From positions 9,685-73,684 of the forward strand of contig CASDOR010000029.1 in assembly GCA_949282135.1 (NCBI GenBank): a stretch of DNA of 64,000 bases, read 5' to 3'. The position numbers and the translations under genes were made by a program. The stretch is from an uncultured Christensenella sp. Its GTDB lineage: Bacteria; Bacillota; Clostridia; Christensenellales; UBA1242. Below are positions 49,145 to 57,555 of the stretch, piece by piece; the stretch's first letter is position 1; each line of letters starts with the position of its first letter. Under the pieces are notes generated by a model. It worked only from the letters and a program-made list of their open reading frames with translations, did not search any database and was not told where the DNA came from.

Positions 49145-49923
49145 TTTTTCTCCTTAATAATTTTTTCAAAAGGTCCAATTTTACTATTCTTTTTTATTGA
49201 GACATTCTTTAAGTACGATGAAGTAATCTCACAATTTTCCCCTATTTCACTATTTACTATTATATTATTTTCAAAAAGCCTTGTATTTGGCATAATTTTT
49301 GTGAAACCCTTTAACGTGTTGTTAGAAAAAATTTCGACACCACTTAAGATTTCCACCGTAGAATCTATATAACAACTATCTTTATCATAAAATCTGACTC
49401 CACTTTTTGACAAACCATCAAGTATTCTATTTTTGAGAATATTTCTTGCTTTTATGCAAGTTGCATTGTTAAAAATAGCAAAAAAGTCTTCCTTATTTAA
49501 AAAGTTTGCCTCAGCTGTATACTCAATTTTGTTATTTCTTAATGCCTCAGTTTTAAAAATAGCACCATGATAAAGTTTACAATAATCAAGATTTTTTGTG
49601 GTAGCATAACTTAGTGCATCACTAACACTTTCCTCTTTAATTAGGGGAATGTTTGCATAAAGCACAATTATATAATCTTCATCTTCTATATTTTGACGCA
49701 CCAAATCAACAAGATTATCACTTGTGCTAGCATTAACTTCTTTTATTTTATAGCCATTTAGTGCTTTTTTTACAAGACTTAAAGACGTCTCCCCCATTAA
49801 GTCTTCTTTATAAATACTTGAAAGCTTGTCCTCATATAAAATAATCGCACTAATTTTAAAGTCACTTGCTTGAGAAAGCGAAAATTCAGTTAAAAATTCA
49901 GTTGTAAAAATAAAATCATTCAT
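49141..49923 (-). CDS. Truncated, divergent GlmU-like protein (260 aa)
   Basis: DEDYIIVLYANIPLIKEESVSDAL aligns with GlmU DEDILMLYGDVPLIS. SGVRFYDKDSCYIDSTVEI...IGPFEKI aligns with the start of the GlmU left-handed beta-helix (...IGPFARLR). The L-x2-G-x-G-T-R-M nucleotide-binding signature is replaced by ILYEDKLSS. The protein ends before the acetyltransferase core. Confidence 0.6.
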   Translation of the reverse strand: MNDFIFTTEFLTEFSLSQASDFKISAIILYEDKLSSIYKEDLMGETSLSLVKKALNGYKIKEVNASTSDNLVDLVRQNIEDEDYIIVLYANIPLIKEESVSDALSYATTKNLDYCKLYHGAIFKTEALRNNKIEYTAEANFLNKEDFFAIFNNATCIKARNILKNRILDGLSKSGVRFYDKDSCYIDSTVEILSGVEIFSNNTLKGFTKIMPNTRLFENNIIVNSEIGENCEITSSYLKNVSIKKNSKIGPFEKIIKEKK

Positions 49924-49962
49924 ATTTTTATGTTAGTTTTTTTATAAAAATTTGTCAACTAC

Positions 49963-50700
49963 CTAGGCGCCATAGATTTTTACTTTGTTCCCCATTGTAA
50001 AAATTTTTACCACTTTATTTTGAAGATTGTCTTTAACTATTCTATAAATCTCATCAGGATCATCTATTTTTACGCTAGACAACACTAAAAAAATTTCATT
50101 ATTACTTATATTTTGAACTGCCCCTACAACCAAATACTCGCGTGCATTATTACTAGAATTTAAAAAGACCTCAATTTTTTTGTTTTCAGTCAAAATGTAA
50201 TTTTTGTTCTTTTCACTAAAAACAGTTTGCGTTGTGCCAATTAGCTTTTTTAACTTGTTTTTTTCTCTTAAACTTACAAAAAACTCATCAAGCAAGGATT
50301 TACTTTCTTCTGCGCCTATTCCACTGACAACTTCTAAATTGTAACCATATCTGCTTGTCCCGTCAAATTTTCCGCCTGCAAAACCAAGATTTTTATCCAT
50401 AACACCAATATAAAGTCTTTTTATTCTTGCACTTAAAATTGCCCCCATGCACATCATACATGGTTCAAGAGTTACATACATAGATGCCTCATCCAATCTA
50501 AAACTCTTTAATTTTTTACACGCTTTATCTATTGCAAGCATTTCCGCATGATAAGTCGCGACTTGTCTTCTCTCTTTTTTGTTGCAAGCTTTTGCTATCA
50601 CCTCATTATTTTTGACAATTACAGCCCCCACCGGTACGTCTCCATTTTTCAGTGCTTTTTTTGCCTCTTTTAAGGCAAGCTTCATAAATTTTTCTTCCAT
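49963..50700 (-). CDS. tadA: tRNA-specific adenosine deaminase TadA with a ~90-aa C-terminal extension
   Basis: The deaminase motifs are VPVGAVIV, HAEMLAI and LEPCMMCMGAI. The deaminase fold ends near ...LLDEFFVSLREKNK, and the remaining ~90 aa are unassigned. Confidence 0.85.
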   Translation of the reverse strand: MEEKFMKLALKEAKKALKNGDVPVGAVIVKNNEVIAKACNKKERRQVATYHAEMLAIDKACKKLKSFRLDEASMYVTLEPCMMCMGAILSARIKRLYIGVMDKNLGFAGGKFDGTSRYGYNLEVVSGIGAEESKSLLDEFFVSLREKNKLKKLIGTTQTVFSEKNKNYILTENKKIEVFLNSSNNAREYLVVGAVQNISNNEIFLVLSSVKIDDPDEIYRIVKDNLQNKVVKIFTMGNKVKIYGA

Positions 50701-50704
50701 AGTG

Positions 50705-51541
50705 TTATTTTACCTTTAATAAATTAATAATCAAATCCTTATTTTCGTTAAATATAGTGTCTAAATTTTCAAGTCCTATTGGATGCGACAAATAGTCTTT
50801 TCCAGTTTCAATTGTAAAGGAAAGTATTCCTAAAACATACAAACAATAATCTTTGTACCCTCCTGTGCTATTTCTTGTATAAATCGGTGTGTAATTTGTA
50901 GTACTCACTATAACATCTAAATACTTTTTCTGATATAAAAGAGTATTTTCCTTTTGTCCTTCAAAACCATAATAAACTACATTTCCTTTACTATGATAGC
51001 TAAGTGTTAAAAACGGAGACTCCTTTATAGTAAGGTCTATAAGTGCTTTTACCTCACTTTCAGAATTAGGATAAGGACCTATATAATTTTCACTACTAGG
51101 AGAGATCTTTGTATTACTAGCCCCTTCACCCCATTTTGCATCAAAATTAACATTTAAGTCAACTCCATTTGCATTTGCTTTATATAATTTTTGATTAGAA
51201 TTTGATAAAATGCTTTTTACAAGCTCTCTTTTTTCTTTATTTTCTATAAAATCCGCCCCTTCAAGGCAAATCCTTACTCCATCTGGATTGCTGAGTGGAA
51301 TTATAATCGCTCGACCATTCAAGGTAAAATTTTTTAAATATTTTATAATACTTATAAGTAAAAAAGAATTTATGTATTCCCTCGCATGAATACTCCCCTG
51401 TACTAATATTGTTTTGTCCCCTTCTCCCAGTTCAAAAGCAACTAAGTCCTCTCCGAGCTCACTTTTTCCATAAATAAAGTACTTTGTAGTCTTTTTTAAT
51501 TCTTCTATCTGTTCCATTAAAAGGCTATATATCTTATTCAT
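50705..51541 (-). CDS. M14 zinc carboxypeptidase (gamma-D-Glu-mDAP peptidase-like)
   Basis: The motifs are VQGSIHAREYI (HxxE zinc site), NPDGV, VDLNVNF, SYHSKG and FTIETG. Confidence 0.75.
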   Translation of the reverse strand: MNKIYSLLMEQIEELKKTTKYFIYGKSELGEDLVAFELGEGDKTILVQGSIHAREYINSFLLISIIKYLKNFTLNGRAIIIPLSNPDGVRICLEGADFIENKEKRELVKSILSNSNQKLYKANANGVDLNVNFDAKWGEGASNTKISPSSENYIGPYPNSESEVKALIDLTIKESPFLTLSYHSKGNVVYYGFEGQKENTLLYQKKYLDVIVSTTNYTPIYTRNSTGGYKDYCLYVLGILSFTIETGKDYLSHPIGLENLDTIFNENKDLIINLLKVK

Positions 51542-51715
51542 GTTATTATTATATGATAAATTATAAATTTAAAATAGCACATAAAAAAAGATTTAATTTA
51601 AAAACCATAAAATAAGACACTTTTTACTCTACAGCTTTAAACTAAAATCTCATAAGCTATATCTTATGCAAATTAGTAAAAAATTTTACTAAATAAATTT
51701 GCCATCTTTTAATTT

Positions 51716-52183
51716 TTACTTATGATACGTTATGTTATTTTTTATTGTGAAAGCACGATATAGTTGTTCCTCAAGCATTATTCTAAAAAGCGTGTGTGGA
51801 AAAGTCATTTTAGAAAAACTAAGTTTGTAATTGCTTTTAATTTTATCACTTAAACCGTACGAACTACCAATTACAAAGGTAACTGTGTCGTCAAAACTAA
51901 AAAACTCAAATAATTCGTTTGAAAACTCTTCACTACTAGTAAACTTTCCAAATTTATCAAGCACAATAATTTTACCTTTAAGGTAAGGTTTTATTATTTC
52001 GTATTCCTTATCAAGTGCACGTGTTATCTCACTTGAACTAGGATTTAAAGGCAGTTTATATTCTTCTTTTTCAATAATTTCTAAATTACAAAATCTACTA
52101 AGTCTTTTTTGATATTCTTTTTGTGCCTCAACATAAAAATCATCTTTTAGACTTCCTACACACACTATTCTAATTTTATACAT
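51716..52183 (-). CDS. rlmH: 23S rRNA (pseudouridine1915-N3)-methyltransferase RlmH
   Basis: The 155-aa protein runs MYKIRIVCVG...GSSYGLS...MTFPHTLFRIMLEEQLYRAFTIKNNITYHK. The ATG at 52183 overlaps the upstream stop (TAATG). The track's longer 174-aa start is unlikely. Confidence 0.9.
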   Translation of the reverse strand: MYKIRIVCVGSLKDDFYVEAQKEYQKRLSRFCNLEIIEKEEYKLPLNPSSSEITRALDKEYEIIKPYLKGKIIVLDKFGKFTSSEEFSNELFEFFSFDDTVTFVIGSSYGLSDKIKSNYKLSFSKMTFPHTLFRIMLEEQLYRAFTIKNNITYHK

Positions 52184-53310
52184 TACAAAACTCCCCAAAT
52201 AAAGGTTGATAAAGTAACAAATCCACCTACTACAATACATGCAACTAAGAAAGTTAATTCAAATTTTGTAAGCTTTCTTGCACTACTTTCAATGTCAGTA
52301 AAAATCATTTTATTTAGACTTTTTATGTTGTAGTCGCTCATTAGTTTATTAATTTGATACATTGCAATCAAATTTTCATCACGAGAAATTGTACTATTTG
52401 GATTTACAAACTCTTTATTGATATTTGAAATATCACTAAGAAGTTTTGCTGCCGCTTTTATTCTTGTCTCCTTAAATAACCAAGTAAACAAAAGTACTAA
52501 AATAAGCACTAATGCTGCAAGAAATAGGAGACTAGTTATAAAGTAAGAAAATAGATTTCCTCCCCCATAGATGAAGTTTGTAATTAAAGTTGGAATATCA
52601 CCACCTACCCAATTATTGTGACTTGCAAAAGAAAAATATGTGCTTAAAAAATTATTCATAAAGTGTATTAGAATTGCAGGAAGTATATTCTTACTAGATA
52701 CAACAGATATTGAAATAATAAAACCTAGAATTGTCGCATAAAAAAATTGGTTTATATTAAGATGCATAAGTCCAAAAAGAAGAGAAGAAATTAGCATTGC
52801 CCTAACAATCCCCATAGGCTTTAAACCATTTAAAAGCAAACCGCGATGTGTCGTTTCCTCGCAAATAGCAGGAAGTAGTGCAACACTTATAACTTGCAAA
52901 ATAAAGCTAGTCACCGAATAATCCCCACTTCCACCTGAAAACTGAGGAACACTTTCATAGCCACAAAGACTAATAATAGAACTAAAAAACGAGGCAATAA
53001 ACATATTTAAAAAATAGCAAACTATTCCAATAAGAATACTAATAATTATTGGCATAAAACCTATTTTCGAGTATCCAAATTCGCCTAAAGTAGTTTTAAG
53101 GTTTTGATGTCTAAGTTTAGAGTACATAAAAATGCATAAGAAAAACATAACGCCAACTTGAATAAAAATAGTTGTAATCAAATCACTAACACTACTACTA
53201 AGTGGAATTGAAACATATAAAAACACAACTCTAATTAAAATAAAAAGAGTAAGCATAACAAAATATGTCAGTAAACTAGCTGATAGCATTGACAAAGATT
53301 TCTTTTCCAT
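52183..53310 (-). CDS. CPBP (CAAX/Abi) family intramembrane metalloprotease
   Basis: The motifs are ICEETTHRG (EExxxR), LLFGLMH and ILIHFMNN. The ATG at 53310 has GGAGGA 4 nt upstream. Confidence 0.8.
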   Translation of the reverse strand: MEKKSLSMLSASLLTYFVMLTLFILIRVVFLYVSIPLSSSVSDLITTIFIQVGVMFFLCIFMYSKLRHQNLKTTLGEFGYSKIGFMPIIISILIGIVCYFLNMFIASFFSSIISLCGYESVPQFSGGSGDYSVTSFILQVISVALLPAICEETTHRGLLLNGLKPMGIVRAMLISSLLFGLMHLNINQFFYATILGFIISISVVSSKNILPAILIHFMNNFLSTYFSFASHNNWVGGDIPTLITNFIYGGGNLFSYFITSLLFLAALVLILVLLFTWLFKETRIKAAAKLLSDISNINKEFVNPNSTISRDENLIAMYQINKLMSDYNIKSLNKMIFTDIESSARKLTKFELTFLVACIVVGGFVTLSTFIWGVL

Positions 53311-53311
53311 T

Positions 53312-54295
53312 TTATCCTCCAAACGAATTTAAGCACCAAAGAAAAATGCAGGTAGTTAAAGCAATGAATAAGCATACTAAACTACTTAAACTTGTCTTAG
53401 ATTTAAGCCCTACCGCCTCATTATTTGTAGTCGCCTCATCATTACTAGTATTTCTAGAAATTCTTTTTATCATATAAAAAATACCTATAACCGCCAAAAT
53501 TCCTAACTCAAAGAAAAGTATAGATAAAAATATTTCAAGCCCCCCAAACGTAGCAAACTCAAAAATACTACGTCCTCCTTTTGTTATATAAGAAATTAAA
53601 ACTATTGTAAAATTGTTTACAAAATGAAAAAGCATACTAAATAAAATGCTTCCTGTAAAGTGCACAAGTAAAGCTAAAACTATACCAATTAAAAATTGAT
53701 AAACTGTTTGAAAAATTGAAAAATGAATAAGTGCAAATATTAGCGCACTAAAAATAACAGACAAACTAACATTAAACTTGTCTTTTAAGCCATTAAATAT
53801 TAGTCCTCTAAATAAAAGTTCCTCACACACAGCAGGAAGGACTGCAAAAGTAATAGTAGTCATAACAAACTCAAAAAAATTAGAAATAGGTACTGTTCCT
53901 CTAGGTTTACTCAGTCCGCGAGAGAGTAAATCACTAATTAGATTTATAAAGTTAAGACTAGCAAAAAAGACTACAAGAGCTAAAAGAATAGTTGTAAATG
54001 ATAATGACACGCTTTTTTTAGCAGTAAATTGCTTATCTAGATTGCTTGCACTTTTTAGGTCAACTTTCTTAAACTTACTATAAATAATAAAAACTAGCAG
54101 ATAAACAAGTTCTGTTAGAAATGCATTAAGCCATATAACAACATTACTTGAAGCAATCGTTCCAAAATCTTGGTTGCTCGAATTTGCAATTATGCTTAGT
54201 ACTTGACTAAAAACTAAACTTAGCACTAAATAACCAAGCACCATAAAAATAAACGCAAAACCTACATCTTCTAATTCATACTTCTTTCTTTTCAT
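53312..54295 (-). CDS. CPBP (CAAX/Abi) family intramembrane metalloprotease, tandem paralogue
   Basis: The motifs are VCEELLFRG, LIFALIH and LFHFVNN. I prefer the ATG at 54295 (MKRKKYE) over the TTG at 54331 used by the track. Confidence 0.8.
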   Translation of the reverse strand: MKRKKYELEDVGFAFIFMVLGYLVLSLVFSQVLSIIANSSNQDFGTIASSNVVIWLNAFLTELVYLLVFIIYSKFKKVDLKSASNLDKQFTAKKSVSLSFTTILLALVVFFASLNFINLISDLLSRGLSKPRGTVPISNFFEFVMTTITFAVLPAVCEELLFRGLIFNGLKDKFNVSLSVIFSALIFALIHFSIFQTVYQFLIGIVLALLVHFTGSILFSMLFHFVNNFTIVLISYITKGGRSIFEFATFGGLEIFLSILFFELGILAVIGIFYMIKRISRNTSNDEATTNNEAVGLKSKTSLSSLVCLFIALTTCIFLWCLNSFGG

Positions 54296-54301
54296 AGCGA
54301 A

Positions 54302-54331
54302 ATTATAACATATTTTTTTACAACTAAGCAA
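54302..54331 (-). promoter_or_regulatory. Candidate extended -10 promoter (TTGCTT-18 nt-TGTTATAAT) whose -10 hexamer ends 6 nt before the CPBP ATG
   Basis: Plus-strand 'attataaca' at 54302-54310 corresponds to TGTTATAAT, and 'aagcaa' at 54326-54331 corresponds to TTGCTT. There is no SD between the -10 and the ATG at 54295. Confidence 0.35.
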
Positions 54332-54464
54332 TTAAAGTAAGTAACTAGTTTAAAAGCATAAAAAATAAAATTATTTTTAAAAAAAGAATAATACTTTAAG
54401 TTTTTCATTCCCTTATTTAAAAAATCATTTACTACTTGAAGTAATTAAAAATTTTTATACAAAA

Positions 54465-55256
54465 CTACAGGTTAAAAATTGTACCTATTTTGTGTTGATA
54501 CGCAACATCTACGCAAACATTCTTCCCTTCAATAATTCCATGCTCAGATAAAACTCGCTTTACCGTAGTATAAGCAAGAACTGGAGTGTTATTTTCTTCG
54601 CTTAAATGAGACAAAACAACCTGCAATACTCCCGTTTTTACAAGCTTAGCAATTGCTTGTCCACTCATAACATTTGACAAATGCCCCACATTACTTAATA
54701 TTCTTTTCTTTGTTTTAGCAGGATACTTAGGGTTTTTAATAAGCAATGTTTCATCGTGATTACTCTCAAGATATAAAACATTGCTTTTAGAAAGATAATT
54801 TATGACTTCATCGCTAATAAAGCCTAAGTCAGTTGCAATACTCACTTTTCTTCCACTAAAATACAAACTATATCCAACACAAAATTTACTATCATGCGGA
54901 AGAATAAAACTTGAAATTGTCACATCTTTTATAAAAAAATCACTTGTTCTATACCATTCGATTTGAGTTTCTGGAAGAGATAAAATACTTTTTATATTGT
55001 ACTCTTTCACAAAAAGTGGAATATAAACTTTTGTATTTTTATTTTTCTTTAAAAAAACCTGCACCCCACCAATATGGTCAACGTGTTCGTGAGTTAAAAG
55101 TATGGCATCAATTTCACTGGGATCCACATTGATTTTTGATAGTCTAGACTTTATCTCTAGATAAGAAAGTCCGTCATCAATTAAAATTTTTGCCATTTCC
55201 GACTCAACAAAAGTTGAATTTCCTTTGCTACCACTTGATAGATTAACTGTTCTCAT
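54465..55256 (-). CDS. MBL-fold metallo-hydrolase (YycJ/WalJ-like)
   Basis: The motifs are SGSKGNSTFVE and LLTHEHVDHIGG (HxHxDH). SD AAAGAGGA precedes the start. Proximity to rlmH mirrors the Bacillus yycJ...rlmH arrangement. Confidence 0.85.
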   Translation of the reverse strand: MRTVNLSSGSKGNSTFVESEMAKILIDDGLSYLEIKSRLSKINVDPSEIDAILLTHEHVDHIGGVQVFLKKNKNTKVYIPLFVKEYNIKSILSLPETQIEWYRTSDFFIKDVTISSFILPHDSKFCVGYSLYFSGRKVSIATDLGFISDEVINYLSKSNVLYLESNHDETLLIKNPKYPAKTKKRILSNVGHLSNVMSGQAIAKLVKTGVLQVVLSHLSEENNTPVLAYTTVKRVLSEHGIIEGKNVCVDVAYQHKIGTIFNL

Positions 55257-55476
55257 TTTTTCCTCTTTAGCCTAATAATTTTTAATAAGTCTTTCTAAAA
55301 GAAATTACCTTTTAGAACTAATATGTTCTTTAATTTATATGACACAAGAATAGCTAGTAATTTTAAAAATGCGTTTTATTAATTAACTTTTCTTGTTTTT
55401 ATTATTCCTAGTTAAAAATTTTGTGTCTTATAGCCTCTCGCAATAAAATCCATATACATTTTGACTAGTATTTTAG

Positions 55477-55505
55477 ATTATATCACATAACAATCACAAA
55501 AACAA
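55477..55505 (-). promoter_or_regulatory. Candidate promoter (TTGTTT-17 nt-TGATATAAT) giving a ~215-nt leader to the MBL hydrolase gene
   Basis: Plus-strand 'attata' at 55477-55482 corresponds to TATAAT with a TG extension, and 'aaacaa' at 55500-55505 corresponds to TTGTTT. Confidence 0.4.
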
Positions 55506-55519
55506 TTTAAAGTTAAAAA

Positions 55520-57028
55520 TTATTCATAACTCTGTAAAATTACTTTGCCTTGTACCCATGAGTCAAAGAATCCCTCAAGGTCACGTTTTGATGCTATTTC
55601 AAAGCAAGATATCATATCATCTGGCGAAGCAATTTTATATCTGTAAGTATTAAAATACCGCTTTAGTCCTTTTAAAAAGACCTTTTGTCCAAGTAGCTCT
55701 TCTAGTGTGTTAAAAAACAACTCTCCTTTTACATAAGTCACGTAAACATATTCCATTTCACCGCTAAACTCATTAACATTTTTGCTCATAATCCCATCAA
55801 AAGAACCATAAACACTTTCAAAAATTTCACTAAATAAAACATAACTAGAAAGTGAAGCATTAAGAGTTTCCTGAATATTTACCTCATAACTTGGATTTTC
55901 TCTATAAAACATTAATGTTGAATATTCCGTAAGCCCCTCATCCATCCAAGCATATTCACATGCATTACTACCAACTAAATTATACCACCATTGATGAGCA
56001 GTTTCATGAATAATGACATTTAGATAGTCTTTATAATCCTCTACATCATCTGAAATGTACACTAAATTTGGATATTCCATTCCACCATGCACAAAATTTG
56101 TTTTAACAACACTATAAGTTGAATAAGGGTAAGCTCCAAACAAATTACTAAAAGTATTAATTGCATCTATTCCTGCCTGTAAACTTTTTTCAGCATTTTC
56201 ATCTTCATAGTAGTAATAATAAACTGTTGTGTTCCCTGCTTTCCCAGATATGACAGAAAAATTTCTACTAAGCACAAAGGCAAAATCACGTACAACATCT
56301 GCAGTAATATTTGTAGTTTTCATGCCGCCATCTATCTTTGTTTCATTTTGGACACCAGTGCTAGCAAGTGTAAAATCATCATCGTATGTAATATTTACGT
56401 TATAATTTGCCATACTGCTGTAAAATGGGTCTCCATTTGCACCATAATTTACTTCGCAAAATTCTCCGTTTTCATAGATGCACACAATAGGATAAAAGTT
56501 CCCAAAATTATATGTATTTAAGCCATATCCAAACCTATGATTAACATTTGGAAGTAGTACAGTATAAGTAATACCAATATTAACCCTGTCATTTGGATAA
56601 AGTTCTTCATTTAACTCTACCTTTAAGATGTTTTTGTCACTTCCTGTTATTTCAAAGTCTCTAGCCTCACCTTCTACACTCACACTTTCAATATTTATAT
56701 TTCCCTCCGAAAATCCATTAGGATAAGCCCTATCATAGTTGTTGTTATTCACAGGTCTAAAAGTTGCGTCTTGCCTAAAAGCATTAGGATAAAGATGAAA
56801 TTCAAGCGAATTTAAACAAACATCGTGAGGATTAATAAAATTAACACTTTGCTCTCCAGATAGAGTTTTAGAACCATCATCAAAACTAAGGTTTAAATTA
56901 TAAGTTGTTAAATTCTCACCTTCTTTTTTAATATTGTCCTTACAAGATGATAAAAAGATTACTGCTGGAACTATTAAAGCTATGGCTAACACACAAATTA
57001 TTATTCTAATTACAACTTTCTTTTTCAA
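55520..57028 (-). CDS. M1-family (gluzincin) metallopeptidase lipoprotein
   Basis: The signal peptide plus lipobox is ...VIFLSSC. The catalytic motifs are GGMEYP (GxMEN-like) and HETAHQWWYNLVGSNACEYAWMDEGLTEY (HExxH-x18-E). The start is TTG at 57028-57026, with AGGTG 5 nt upstream. Confidence 0.85.
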   Translation of the reverse strand: MKKKVVIRIIICVLAIALIVPAVIFLSSCKDNIKKEGENLTTYNLNLSFDDGSKTLSGEQSVNFINPHDVCLNSLEFHLYPNAFRQDATFRPVNNNNYDRAYPNGFSEGNINIESVSVEGEARDFEITGSDKNILKVELNEELYPNDRVNIGITYTVLLPNVNHRFGYGLNTYNFGNFYPIVCIYENGEFCEVNYGANGDPFYSSMANYNVNITYDDDFTLASTGVQNETKIDGGMKTTNITADVVRDFAFVLSRNFSVISGKAGNTTVYYYYYEDENAEKSLQAGIDAINTFSNLFGAYPYSTYSVVKTNFVHGGMEYPNLVYISDDVEDYKDYLNVIIHETAHQWWYNLVGSNACEYAWMDEGLTEYSTLMFYRENPSYEVNIQETLNASLSSYVLFSEIFESVYGSFDGIMSKNVNEFSGEMEYVYVTYVKGELFFNTLEELLGQKVFLKGLKRYFNTYRYKIASPDDMISCFEIASKRDLEGFFDSWVQGKVILQSYE

Positions 57029-57167
57029 TTTTTCACCTACAAATTTTTACTTACTTTATTTGTATGATGGTTTACTTTCTATTTATACCAACTTGTCTAA
57101 ATTTTTGCTGGCAACACTTTCACTTTTTACATTTTCATTTTTATTATAAGCACAAATTCTCAGATAC

Positions 57168-57213
57168 AAAAAAAGAATGTGTTTTATAAGTTTAGTATTC
57201 TTAAAAAACACAT
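57168..57213 (-). terminator. Probable intrinsic terminator after the gltX/small-membrane-protein unit
   Basis: On the minus strand: ATGTGTTTT-(19-nt loop)-AAAACACAT followed by TCTTTTTTTG. The stem is AT-rich and the loop is long. Confidence 0.45.
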
Positions 57214-57260
57214 CCTTTTAATACCTTTTATGTACAAAAATTTAATTTTTTTATTATAGT

Positions 57261-57551
57261 TTAACCAAAAACAATAATTGAATAACACGCAAGTGCACAA
57301 ACTGCTAACACGCAAAATGGAATAAAAATAATAATCGATCTTTTGCTAGCAAAGGCAAACCCACAAACAGTAATTGTAATAATCACCGCATAATTTTTTA
57401 TGTTATTTAGTGTATTATAGGTGTCCTCAGGTAAAAATTTTACTGGCAAGACGTCATTAAGGTATATTAGCCCAATTAAAATTATAGTTAGGAAAGCCAT
57501 AATCTCGCCAATTGTACTAAAAACTTTTGAAAAACTTTTAAGAATAATCAT
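57261..57551 (-). CDS. Small integral membrane protein (96 aa, about three hydrophobic segments)
   Basis: The ORF starts 4 nt after the gltX stop. Its sequence is hydrophobic throughout, and I recognised no family. Confidence 0.55.
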   Translation of the reverse strand: MIILKSFSKVFSTIGEIMAFLTIILIGLIYLNDVLPVKFLPEDTYNTLNNIKNYAVIITITVCGFAFASKRSIIIFIPFCVLAVCALACYSIIVFG

Positions 57552-57555
57552 TGTT

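Noticed and set aside
51668-51702. An AT-only imperfect hairpin (GCAAAT...TAGTAAAA-TT-TTTTACTA...ATTTGC) just after rlmH, considered as a terminator.
   Set aside because: The stem is almost entirely A/T with a bulge, and no T-run follows on the minus strand. It cannot be distinguished from chance palindromes in AT-rich DNA.
55294-55316. A perfect 8-bp hairpin (TCTAAAAG-N7-CTTTTAGA) in the leader of the MBL hydrolase gene.
   Set aside because: The stem is AT-rich, no adjacent U-tract or recognisable riboswitch/T-box features are present, and it may be fortuitous. It is noted only as part of the long leader.
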